Origin: Lama glama
Lineage: Eukaryota
Assembly (NCBI GenBank): GCA_028534125.1
Contig: CM052817.1
Span: 63,800,001 to 63,864,000 of the forward strand
Direction of reading: 5' to 3'
Length of the DNA stretch: 64,000 nt
The notes under the pieces are model-generated. The model did no database searches and was not told where the DNA came from. It saw only the letters and a program-made list of their open reading frames with translations. Of the stretch, positions 13,390-25,203 are shown piece after piece. Made by a program: the position numbers and the translations under genes. How positions within the stretch are numbered: the stretch's first letter is position 1; every line of letters starts with the position of its first letter.

Positions 13390-13505
13390 GACAATCATTT
13401 ATTTGTTTGTCTACCATGTATCACGAACTACACTAGGTTACTAGCATATAATGGCCAAGAAGAGAGATATAATCCCTGCCTTCAGGGAATTCACATTCTA
13501 GTGGA
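13390..13505 (-). mobile_element. L2 3' terminal fragment
   Basis: tcatttatttgtttgtctaccatgtatca ... atccctgccttcagggaattcacattctagtgg. Confidence 0.6.
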
Positions 13506-15979
13506 TACATGAGAACAGTAAAATCACAATGACTCTAAATAAACAGTTGGTTGGAGGACCAGAAGAATAAAATGACCCTTGATATCTGTATCATCTAAAA
13601 CAAAGCAAAATGAATTCTCAAAGTCTCACTAAAACTCAGGGAAGGAAGAATCTTTATTATTACTAGTGAACACAGTATGGTAAAGGAATCAGTACTAATT
13701 ATTACCATTTTAAGATATGCATAGTTTCCCTTATTTTCTACTCCCATTAATCTTAATTCTGTTACTAGTAAATTTTCTTTAACCCTAGCACTGTAAAGGG
13801 GCTGAACTTTAAGCAAAATATTATAAGGGGACTGAATGGTTTAGAGAGAGGATTAAAGAGAGCAAAGTTGAGATCTGCCAAGAGTGTGGAGGAAGTGATA
13901 TTTAATACGTTACTGGAATGATGGGTGAGATTTCAATAGAAATGTGGACAGAAGAACATTCCCTCCAGTGAAGAAGAGCATTTTTAAAAGCATTAAAGCC
14001 TTTAATATCTATTGTTTTAATGAAATTTAAGTAGATCAATCAAACATAGAAAGATTCTCTCTGAAATATCTCCAAAAGACAAAGAATGTTCTTTATTATT
14101 ACTGTTATTTTTCAGTGTAATGGGGTTTGGAGAGGCAACACTGTGAGACTTAAAAAAGCACTGAAGTACATGCTAAAGGTCTAGAATTTTGTGCTGGTTC
14201 TTCCATTGATTAAGTTTAGGAATAGCAGAATAATAAAGTCAATATATGCAGCCTACATCATAAGGTTATTTTAAGAACTAAAAGGTTTTTTTTTTTTTCA
14301 GTTCTCTGAGAACTATCAAATGCTACACAAAAATAAAGTTCAGTCATTATGCTTAATCACCATCATTATACATGAGCTCAGTAAATGACGGTTAGAGGAT
14401 GATCACAACGCACTTTACACTAGAAAACTGATCCAAGAATACTCAACAAAAATGCAGAAATAGATGTTCCCATATAGTTATGGGGGAAACGCTGTTGATC
14501 TTTCAGTTTATAGTTAAGGTGTAATAACAACTACCTATACAGGTTTGTCAGTTTTTCTCCCTGTCAATTTTTAGCCAAAATTATACCATGAAATAGTTCC
14601 CTTCTATTAGGTCAAACTGATGGTCCTATTCATATGACTTAAAAATGGGGTCAAGGGGCAATTTAATCAGGTCTCCTAGACAACAACAACAAAAAGTTAA
14701 AAAAAAAATCCAATTCCCATCAGAGGTCTCCCAGATGGACTCTGTTCTGTGAATATAAAGCAAGGTGGTTTCCTAGTCCCACACAAGATCTTTCCAGCCA
14801 TGTTGCTAAACCAGGTGCAATTAGCTCTAGGGAGCCAGGGAAAGGTTGCAAAATCAATGATAAGTTTGGTTTTCTCTTTCTGCTGCAGAGCTACTCATTG
14901 GTTGGTTTTATAAATATAAAAAATTATTGTAGACCCCTATCTTTTTGTTGACTAAAAAGATACAATCAGTAACTTCTCTACCTTTCATTATTTCAACACT
15001 ATTTGCCCTAATACTTGCTTTACCTAGGATAAAAATGATCTCCCTTCAATTGTTACTCACAGTGGATTAATCATTCTCCTTTCTTTCTCATATTATGCCT
15101 CTGGTAGATTACCAACCTAAGGTATCAAATTACTGTCTATTAATTTTCTGATTTTAGAATCCATCAACCAGTGATGAAATTAAATGCTTTATCTATGGTC
15201 TATTCTCATTTGTAAAATTAAAATTTAATTGTATAAAATTAGAACTAATGTAATAGAATAGCTCCATAATTTGGGTGATTTTCTATGTGTCAGACTTTTT
15301 TTTTTTTTTGCTAAAGGAGTATCTGCTACTATTTTTGAACCAAGTTTTCTTGATTCACTTTTAAATTGCCTCTGCCAATTATGTATGATAACACTTCACT
15401 AGTAGAGATTTAAATAATGATGTTCATCTTGCACTAATGATACTGTGATGCTGAATATGGGAAAATATCACTAGAGAAATTAAGACACTAGGATACACTG
15501 CCAAGAAAATTTTTGTTTATCATTTCTCAATGTGAATTATCTCTTAAACAAAACAATTACAGATAGTTTAAGTGTAGCTCTATGTTGAATCAGTAAGAAT
15601 AAGCAGAATCTTGACTATGGAATTTCTTCTTGCCTTATTCAATGATTCATATTATTTAATGTTATTGTATTATTCAGGAAAAAACTGAAAATATTTTTTC
15701 TAGTTCAAATAATTTAGACTTATATAATCAATTGGCAATGATTAAAGAGAACTACACAATGAGTTAAATAATCTATGAATGAATCCTTGTTAATTGTTTT
15801 ATGGATATACTGAACTATATTTCCTTAAACTACAAAAAGAATGATCATATATCCTGTTATGTTGTTTTTATCTACACTCATATCTATAATGTAGCTGCTG
15901 AGAAATGAGAGAATCTATCTATCCATCCATCTATCTATCTAGATACAAAATTTTTCCCTTATAAAGTCTATAGTCAGGG

Positions 15980-16150
15980 AGAAAGACCATTAGACTAAAC
16001 ACTGGAATACTTGGCTCTTTTTCTCACAAGCTATGTACAGTTAGAACATCCCTTAACCCTTGGACTCTCACATTCCTGATCTGTAAATGGAGATTAGATC
16101 AGATGATATACACAGTCCTGTCTACCTTTGGGATTCTACAATTCCATGAA
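15980..16150 (+). mobile_element. MIR3-like SINE
   Basis: cccttaacccttggactctcacattcctgatctgtaaatggag plus an L3-derived tail ttagatcagatgat...ggattctacaattccatga. Confidence 0.55.
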
Positions 16151-17625
16151 ATATAGTTTAAAGATGGGCTTTAAGCCTTTATCCTGCAAAGATAAAATTC
16201 ACATGAGTCATCTTTTTTTTTTCACTTTGATCAAAGATGACTAAGACTGATAAAAGCAATTTGTTCAATTCTTTATGATGACAAGGCATTCCATCAATTC
16301 TGACCTAGATGCCTATCAAATACAACTTCTGATTTAACAGTTTGCCAGTTACATTCTTAACTACCATAAAGTGCTCATGAAAGGAAATTTTCCAATAGTT
16401 CATTCCACTCAATCCGTTTATAACTTTAATACAAGTAATATATATGGGCCTTAGCAAGATTGTACCATAACATGACCTAATTCTATAAATGTATTGAATA
16501 ACACATTTAAAGGAATGCATACCGCCAACTTTTTTTTAATCAGTAGTTCATTAGAAGACTGTTTTCCAAATATGAATAATTAACTTTCTTCCCCTAGATG
16601 CTTTATAAGCTGAACTTTACTCTGTACCATAGAAAACAACTGAGATAGCTCAGTGGTGATATTTACAATATTAATCTTAATAAAGAGCAGAGACAGATAC
16701 ACAAGATACAGAAATTGTGCTCCTTATTATGTTGTTTCATGCAATCAGAAGAACTACTAAAATGTAAGATAACATTATGATAGAGATTTATATGTTATTT
16801 TTCAAAACTATAAACAGCATTGCTAAACAACAAAAGGGAAATGGGTGGGAAGTCTTATGTGAATTCAATCTATAATTTCTGACAAAATTTATTCTAATTT
16901 AATCTTTCTACATTACTTCAAAAGGACAATCATCTATAAAAATGTTTTTTAATGAACTCTGCCTGAGATGCTTTTGAACTTTGCAATCAAAGATAAAAGA
17001 AAGTATTTTGCATGTGAAAAAATACAGACACTACAAAGTTCTTATTCGCTATAACTTGCCTAAAGAACAAAAAATACCTATCTTTTAGAATACAAGCAGT
17101 GTAATTTTACTAGTCTTTTAAGTAGATTATAATTGTTGTGCTAAATTATAATATTTTTCCAGTAAGTTTTTTAATTAATGGAAGTTAGATAAAAACAAAG
17201 CTTGGCATACATTTAAAAATTGTTCATCTAGAAATACATAGTATCCTAGACAGAAGGTATTGTGAAAGGCAATTCCAAGTCACTTGCTTATTATAATATA
17301 AAAATGTTAATACATGAGAGCATCATTTGATAAACAGTCTGTTTCTATGAGAGGATTTCTCCTTAAAGTGTATTACCACAGATTACTCTTATTAACATGA
17401 AGAAAATGATGTTAAGTCATTGTATAAATGTTTCCAAGCATTTTCCATTTCACGTTATACTATAATTTGTAATAAATATAATTTTATATAGGTTTGTTTC
17501 CATACAAATGAAGAAGCTGATGACTGGAATAAGAGAATGGATCTCTTTTTAAAAACTTTGTGTTCAGGTGTTAGGGTGGTTATGACAGAAGATGAATGTG
17601 AAGGAGAAAATGGCAGAAGGGTTAA

Positions 17626-17651
17626 ACACACACACACACACACACACACAC
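17626..17651. repeat. (AC)n microsatellite, about 13 units
   Basis: Read directly. Confidence 0.95.
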
Positions 17652-17811
17652 CCCTACAACAACAAATCTTTTTCCCCATCTGGCACCAGACTTCTCTTAG
17701 GAAGAGAACTGCTTTAGATTAGAACAGTATCTTGATTAGCTGCTTAGAGTTGGAAAGAGAAAATTCAATAGGCTAGTCATTGTAAAGACAGTAAAACAAG
17801 CATCCAGCAAA

Positions 17812-18480
17812 GTTCAATTTGATCATATTTTGCTAAGGATTTTTGTGTCTGTGTTCATAAGGAATATTGATTTGTAGTTTTCTTACTGGAATATACCTGC
17901 ATGCTTTTGTTAACCAGAGTGCTGGATATCATTAAAAAAATAAGTAATATTCCCATCTTTTCCATTTTCTAGAAAGTTTCTGCAGGATCAGTATTTTTTG
18001 TTGCTTAAATATTTGTGCCTGATATATTCTTGTCAGAAAGTTTTGCTTTAAGAATTCAATTTCTTTAGGAAATATAGAATTGAACTAGTCAGATTTTCTA
18101 TGTCTTTTAAGACAGTTTTGTTAATTTATGCCTTTCAAGAAATTTGTCCATTTTATCTAAGCTGTCAAATTCTTTGGCACAAAATTTTTCACAATATTAT
18201 TATCCTTTTAGTGTGTGGAAAATAATAAAAGACGTACATTTTTTCATTTCTGATGTCATATAGTTTTTTTGTTAATTCAAGTTAAAAATTTTTATTGTTC
18301 GTATGTAAAAATAAGGTTAGGTTTTGTCGCCTATATCCCTTGTATCTTTTTAATGAGTGTCACTTCTTTATCTTGAGGAGTCTACCTAAAAGTTTATCGT
18401 ACTAACTTTTAAAAATTAAGAGTTTTTCATTTCATTATTGTCTGTTTTTTGTTCCATTGAGTTTAAACCTTTTTTCTTTT
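17812..18480 (-). mobile_element. Old L1 ORF2 fragment (L1M)
   Basis: tattttgctaaggatttttgtgtctgtgttcataaggaatattgatttgtagttttct and ttcaagaaatttgtccattttatctaagctgtcaaatt. Confidence 0.7.
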
Positions 18481-18507
18481 CTAACACAAACATCAAAAAC
18501 AGATGAT

Positions 18508-18675
18508 TACTGTATGGTTTATAGAGAAAAAAAATCACTGACTTTGTAGTTAAGATAGACCTTGGTTCTAATCTTGACGCTGCTAGTTACTAGCTATGTG
18601 ACTATTTTCTTAATATGTAGTTAATGAAATGGAGAAAATGATACCTCAGGTAACTGAGAGAATTAAAAGAGGTAA
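18508..18675 (+). mobile_element. MIR
   Basis: cactgactttgtagttaagatagaccttggttctaatcttgacgctgctagttactagctatgtgac. Confidence 0.65.
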
Positions 18676-18867
18676 GAGGCATGTCTAGCTTCTTAGCTAT
18701 TTTGGTTATAAAATTCAAATAAAATGTGTCACATCTAAAACTAAAATATATCAAATATTTATCAATTATATTAATTCCCATGCTAATTAAAATACACTGA
18801 ACAGATATAACTTGTATACCATTCACAATAAACAGATGTTTTATCAACTAAAACATAAAAATTTTCA

Positions 18868-19830
18868 CGAAAGGACAACCTGCAGAATGGGAGAAAATAT
18901 TTGCAAAAGATGAGACTGATAAGGGCTTAATTTCTAGAATAGACAAACAGCTCATACAACTTAATAAGAAAAAAAACAAACAACTCAATCCAAAAATGGG
19001 CAGAAGACTTAAACAATTCTCCAGTGAAGACATCCAAATGGCCAACAGGCACATAAAAAATGCTCAATATCGCTAATTATCAGAGAAATGCAAATCGAAA
19101 CTACAATAAGATATCACCTCACACCAGTCAGAACGGCCATTATCAAAAAGTCCACAAACGATAAATGCTTGAGAGGGTGGGGAGAAAAGGGAGCCCTCCT
19201 GCACTCTGGCAGCAATTTCATTGGTGCAGCTGTTATGGAAAACAGTATGGAGATTCCTCAAAACACTAAAAATAGACTTACTCTATGATCTAGCAATTCC
19301 ACTCCTGGGCACATATTTGGAGGGAACTCTAATTCAAAAAGATATAGGCACTCCCATGTTCATAGCAGCACTATTTACAATAGCCAAGACATGGGAGGAA
19401 CCTAAATGTCCATCAACAGCTAACTGGATAAAGAAGCTGTGGTATATTTATATAGTGGAATACTACTCAGTCATAAAAAGAGAATAAAATAATGCCATTT
19501 GTAGCAACATGGATGGCCCTGTAGATTGTCATTCTAAGTGAAGTAAGCCAGAAAGAGAAAGAAAAATACCATTTGATATCACTTATATGTGGAACCTAAA
19601 AAAAAAAAAAAAAAGACAAATGAACTTATTTACAAAACAGAAATGGACTCACAGACATAGAAAATAAACTATGGTTACCAGAGGGGAAGAGAGTGGGAAG
19701 GGATAAATTGGGAGTTCAAGATTAACAGATACATAAAATAGATAAATAACAAGTTTGTACTGTATAGCACAGGGAACTACATTCAATATCGTATAGTAAC
19801 CTGTAATGAAAAAGAACATGAAAATGAAGA
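18868..19830 (+). mobile_element. Camelid-lineage L1, 5'-truncated and missing the terminal 3' block
   Basis: ORF2 C-terminal remnants ([32 protein letters not shown]...[13 protein letters not shown]) and 3'UTR gggataaattgggagttcaagatt...tagcacagggaactacattcaatatc. Confidence 0.93.
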
Positions 19831-20477
19831 AAAACAAAAATTTCCAAAGCCAAATATTAAAAAATTATTTCAAGACCACTTAGATTCCATTAACTTAGGG
19901 AAAATCATTTTATAAGTATTATACTCTTTCATTTACTGCACATTCTATACCATCACTACATGTGTCAGTAATCAAATGTAAGCATCATATATTCACTATA
20001 TTCAAATTTTATTAATTTTCAAATTCTTAAAATATGGATACTTATTTAAGAATTATTATATAAAACTAAACCTAAGTCTCACAGTTTTCTGGTGAATGGA
20101 TCAAAATTTTTACAAAGTTTCTGAAAGGATTTTTAACTTGTAATTCCCTGATGGATTTCTCTTTTAAACCCCTACTAATCAAGATTAATGTGTAAAATGT
20201 TAGCCAATCTATGACACTGGACTGCAAGAACAGCAAGCTATTTTTTCCTAACTCATTCCATCCAAATTTCCCTTCTTCTTAACTCCAAATATGTAAAATT
20301 TCAAGGTCACTGAAGAAATGGAAGCCTACTTTAAGACAGTAAGACAGAACTCTAACCATCAAAGTCAGCCTTATACGGAAAGTTTAAAAAGGGAAAAAAT
20401 ACTGTTTTAAATCATTGTCAGTCTTTACAGTAACTTATGACCCTACATTTGTTTCTCTGAATATTCATTTAGTTTCT

Positions 20478-20610
20478 GCTATTCCCACTAGAGTGTAAAA
20501 TCCATGTAGGCAGGGATCTTGTCTACTTTTGCTCATCATTATAGTCCAGCATCTAGCAACACATTAGGAACAAAATGTTCAATGCATTTATAGGGTAAAT
20601 AAATGAACTG
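20478..20610 (+). mobile_element. L2 3' terminus
   Basis: cccactagagtgtaaaatccatgtaggcagggatcttgtc ... aaataaatgaa. Confidence 0.7.
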
Positions 20611-21601
20611 ATTAACAAATATAAGCAGTTACAGGGGAAAAAACTTAATTTCCCTTAAAATTCCCTCTTCTCTTGGAAAACTGAAAATTCTCTGCCAAAA
20701 CAAAAACAAATAAATAAATAAAATAGAAACATCATCCAAGTAGTTTGGTTAAATAAGCTATTCTGAAAACTGACAAAACATCCAGTTTATACAGAATTCT
20801 TAAGATGCAAGCCAAAGAAGGAAGAGATCCATTTTTGTTTCCTTATCTCTATATCCCACAGTTTTCTGACTAGGTATATAAAGTGTTCCACTGAAACCGG
20901 TCTGGGACAGATAATTACAAAAATACACAAAAAGGATTGATAACTGGAGGTCCTCAAAGATGCAGGTCTCACTTCGATGCAGAGTGCTATGGAAACAGTC
21001 TTTAGATTAAATCAAATTCTCTTTCTGACACTCCTGACAGATAGTAGCAAGTAACTGGGATTAGAGACGATGTTTTCAACCTAAATTTTGGAAAGTAAGA
21101 TTGCAATTTTTATCTGTACAGCATGGAAATTAAAGTGACAAAGTAAACCAAGACATTAGGGAATTGAGATTCTTAGTGAATGAAAGATTCCAAGTTTGCA
21201 TTTTAATATACATTTATAAATAGATTCTATGCTGCTGAGTGGTGCTCCACACTGCTTGACCCTATGATGGTTCACTTGGATACAAGTATCATAAACTCAT
21301 TTATAGTATGGTATATTTTTTTGCTCGATTTTAAAAAGTGATGATTTACATTGCATTCCCCAGACTCCAGCCCACTCTCCCTTGTAAGTCAATTGTTTGT
21401 ATCTAGAGAAAGTTTAGGGAAAGCAAAAGTAGGATCTATTGTGTTCAAAGAACTGAATTTTCACCTACATAAAGAAAATGAACTTCAAAGGAATTCAGCT
21501 GGTGATTTGGGGCTCATTAACACCAGCCTTTAATCAAATGTGCCAGATTTTCCTAAGCAGCCAGGTTTCCCGAGGTCCACAGCTACAGAAACTGTATTAT
21601 C

Positions 21602-23030
21602 TTTTTTTTTTTGCTTCGTTGAGGTATAGTTAACAAAAATTATATATATTTAAAGTATACAACATGATAGCTTGATATACATATTCACTGTGAAATGATT
21701 ACCACAATCAAGCTAATTAACACATTCATCACATAGTTTTCTTTTTCTCTTGGTGAGAACATTTAAGATTTACTCAGCAAGTTTCAAGTGTACAATACAG
21801 TATTATGAAATAGTCACCATCCTGTACATTAGATCCTCTAAACTTATTCATCTCATAACTGAAAGTTTGTATTCTTTTACCAGCCTCTCCTCTTTCTGCC
21901 CAAACCCCATCCACTGACAACCAACATTCAACAGTCTAGTTCTGTGAGTTCGATTTTTTTAGATTCCATATATAAGTGACATCATACAGTATTTGTCTTT
22001 TACTGCCTGGCTCATGTCATTTAGCATAACATCCTCAAGTTCTACCCGTGTTGTTGCAAATGTCAGAATTTTCTTCTTTTTATGGCTGAATAATATTCCA
22101 CAGTGTATATGCATGTTACCTTTTCTTTATCCAGTCATCTCTCAGTGGACACTTAGGTTGTTTCCACATCTTAGCTATTGTGAATAATGCTTCAACAAAC
22201 GTGAAAGTTTAGATATTTCTTTGAGACACTGACCTCATTTCCTTTGGATATACACCCAGTAGCAGGATTACTGCATAGTATTGTAGTTCCATTTTTAATA
22301 TTTTGAGCAACCTCCATATAGTTTTTCTGTAATGGCTATACCAATTTATATTCCACCAACAACACACAAAGGTTCCCATTTTTCCACACCTTCCCCAACA
22401 TTTGTTAACAATTGTCCTTTGGGTAAGAATCATTCTAATAGGCATGAAATAATAGCTCACTGTGGCTTTGATTTGCATTTCCCTGATGATTAGTGATGTT
22501 CAGCATCCTTCCATGTACCCATCGACCATTTGTGTATCTTCTTTTGAGAAGTGTCTGTTCAGGTCTTTCACCTTTTAAAGTGGGTCATTAGTTTTTTTGC
22601 TATTGAGCTATAGGAATTCTGTACCTATTTTGGATATTAACCCTTTATCAGATACATGGTTTGCAAATATTTTCTTCCATTATACAGACTGCCTTTTCAT
22701 TGTGCTGACTGCTTCATTTGCTCTGCTGAACATTTTAGTTTGATATAACTCCAGTCATTTATTTTTGCTTTTATTCTCTGTGCTTCTGGTGTCATATTCA
22801 AAAAATCACTGCCAAGACCAATGTGATAAACATTTTTCTCCATGTTTTCTTCTAGGATTTTAGGATTTCAGGTCTTTTGTTCAACTATTTAATCCATTTT
22901 GAATTAATTTTTGTGTATGGTGTAACAAATTGGTCCAATTTCATTCTTCTGCATGTGAATATCCAGTTCACCAGTACCATTTATTGAAAAGACAATCCTT
23001 TTCCCACTGTGTATTCTTGGCATCCTTATC
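21602..23030 (-). mobile_element. L1 3' end (L1MA8/L1MA9-like)
   Basis: Poly(T), then gaaatgattaccacaatcaagctaattaaca and ctgtacattagatcctctaaacttattcatct. ORF 22209-22478 is an ORF2 C-terminal remnant. Confidence 0.9.
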
Positions 23031-23034
23031 TTAT

Positions 23035-23340
23035 AATGAACTTATTTACAAAACAGAAACAGACTCACAGACACAGAAAACAAACTTATGGTTACCAAAG
23101 GGGAAGGGGAGGATAAATTTGGATTTGAGATTAGCAGATACAAACAACTATATATAAAACAGGTAAATCACAAGGACCTATTGTATAGTACAGGGAACTA
23201 TATTCACTATCTTGTAATAATCTATAATGGAAAAGAATCTGAAAAAGAATGTGTGTGTATGTGTATGTGTATATATATACTGAATCACTTTGCTGTACAC
23301 CTGAAATATTGTAAATTAACTATACTTCAACTTAAAAAAA
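23035..23340 (+). mobile_element. L1 3'UTR fragment (cetartiodactyl type)
   Basis: aatgaacttatttacaaaacagaaacagactcacagac ... caaggacctattgtatagtacagggaac ... aactatacttcaa plus A tail. Confidence 0.9.
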
Positions 23341-23341
23341 G

Positions 23342-25203
23342 AACATACAACCCAAGGCAATCTACAGAGTCAATGCAATCCCTACCAAAATATCAACAAT
23401 ATTTTTCACAGAATTAGAATACACAGTTTCAAATTTTGTATGGAAACATAAAAGTCTCCCAATAGTCAAAACAATCTTGAGAAAGAAGAACAGAGCTGGA
23501 GGAATCACACTCCCTGACTTCAGACTAAACTAAAAAGCCACAGTAATCAAAACAGTGTGGTACTGGCACAAAAACAGACACACAGACCAATGGAACAGGA
23601 CAGAGAGCCCAGAAATAAACCCACACACTTATGGCCAATTAATCTATGACAAAGGAAGTAAGTACAATGGAAAACAGATAGTCTCTTCAACAAATGGTGC
23701 TGGGAAAACTGGACAGCTATATGTAGAAGAATGAAACTAGAACATTTTCTAACACCATATATAAAAATAAACTCAAAATGGATTAAAGATCTAAATGTAA
23801 GACCTGAAACCATAAAACTCCTAGAAAAAAAATACAGGCAGAACACTCTTTGATATAAATCATAGCAATATTTTTGTTTCTGTCTCCTAAGGCAAAGGAT
23901 ATAAAAAGCAAAAATAAATAAATAGAACCTAATTAAACTTAAAAGCTTTTGCACAGCAAAGGAAACTGATACAAAATGAAAATACAACATACAGAAAGGG
24001 AGAAAATATGTACAAATGATATGACCAATAAGGGATTAATATTCAAACTATATAAACAGCTCATAAAATGCAACATCAAAAAAATCAAACAACCCAATTA
24101 AAAATGGGCAGGAGACCTGAGTAGACATTTTTCAAAGAAGATATACAGATGGCTAACAGGCACAAGAAAAGATATTCAACACTGTTAATCAGCAAAGAAA
24201 TGCAAATCAAAACCGTATCGAGAGATCACCTCACACCTGTCAGAATGGCTATCATCAAAAAAAAAAAATAAAATGAAATAACAGAAGTTGGTGAGCATAT
24301 GGAGAAAAGGGAACCCTTGTGCACTGCTGGTGGGAATGTAATTTGGTGCAGCCACTGTGGAAAACAGTAGGGAGGTTTCTCACAAAACTAAAAACAGAAC
24401 TACCATATGACTCAGCAATTCCAGTCCTGGGTATATGTCCGAAGAAAACAAAAACGTCAATTCAAAAAGACACATGCACCCCAATATACATAGCAGCATT
24501 ACTTACAATAGCCAAGGTATGGAAGCAACATAAATGTCCAGCAACAGATAAATGGATAGGAAGATACAGTATATATATGCAATGGAATACTTCTCAGCCA
24601 TAAAAAAGAATGAGATTTTGCCATTTGCAACAACATGGATGGACCTGGATGGCATTATGTTTAGTAAAATAAGTCAGACATAAAATAACAAATACTTTAT
24701 AGTATCACTTATATGTGGAATCTAAAAAATTAAACAGGGGGGAGGGTATAGCTCAATGGTAGAACACATCCTTAGCATGCACAAGGTCCTGGGTTCAATC
24801 CCTAGTACCTCTATTAAATAAATAAATAAATAAACAAACAAACAAATAAGTAGCAATAAATAAAATCTTTAAAAATAAAATAAAAAATTAAACAAAGTAG
24901 TAAATAGAATAAACAAACAAACAAACAAAAAACCAGACACAGATATAGAGTACAAACTAGTGATTATCAGTGGGGAGAAGCAATGGGAGAGAGCAAGATA
25001 GGGGCTGGGGTTTAAGAGCTACAAACTACTGTATATAAAATAAACACGCTACAAGGATATACTGGACAGCACAGGGAATATAGCCAATGTTCTATAAATA
25101 CTATAAACGGAGTATAATCTTTAAAAATTGTGAATCACTACATTGTACACCTGAAAGTTATATAATATTGTAAATCAACTCTATCTCAATTTTTTTAAAA
25201 AGT
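23342..25203 (+). mobile_element. L1 ORF2 3' part and 3'UTR, interrupted by a SINE
   Basis: cccaaggcaatctacagagtcaatgcaatccc, ttcaacaaatggtgctgggaaaactgg, ORF 24319-24603 ([16 protein letters not shown]), 3'UTR ending tgtaaatcaactctatctcaat. Confidence 0.92.
24737..24880 (+). mobile_element. Full-length camelid tRNA-Ala-derived SINE (vic-1 type)
   Basis: ggggggagggtatagctcaatggtagaacacatccttagcatgcacaaggtcctgggttcaatccctagtacctct: A box, AGC anticodon remnant and B box, then a (TAAA/CAAA) tail. Perfect 14-bp TSD taaaaaattaaaca at 24723-24736 and 24881-24894. Confidence 0.92.

Noticed and set aside
19088..24603. L1 ORF2-like ORFs as functional genes (also 61309-61653)
   Set aside because: Short, frameshifted remnants of 5'-truncated L1s; 23547-23990 is merely antisense L1.
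24737..24815. tRNA-Ala gene
   Set aside because: It has an A-rich tail, a TSD and stem mismatches; it is a tRNA-derived SINE.
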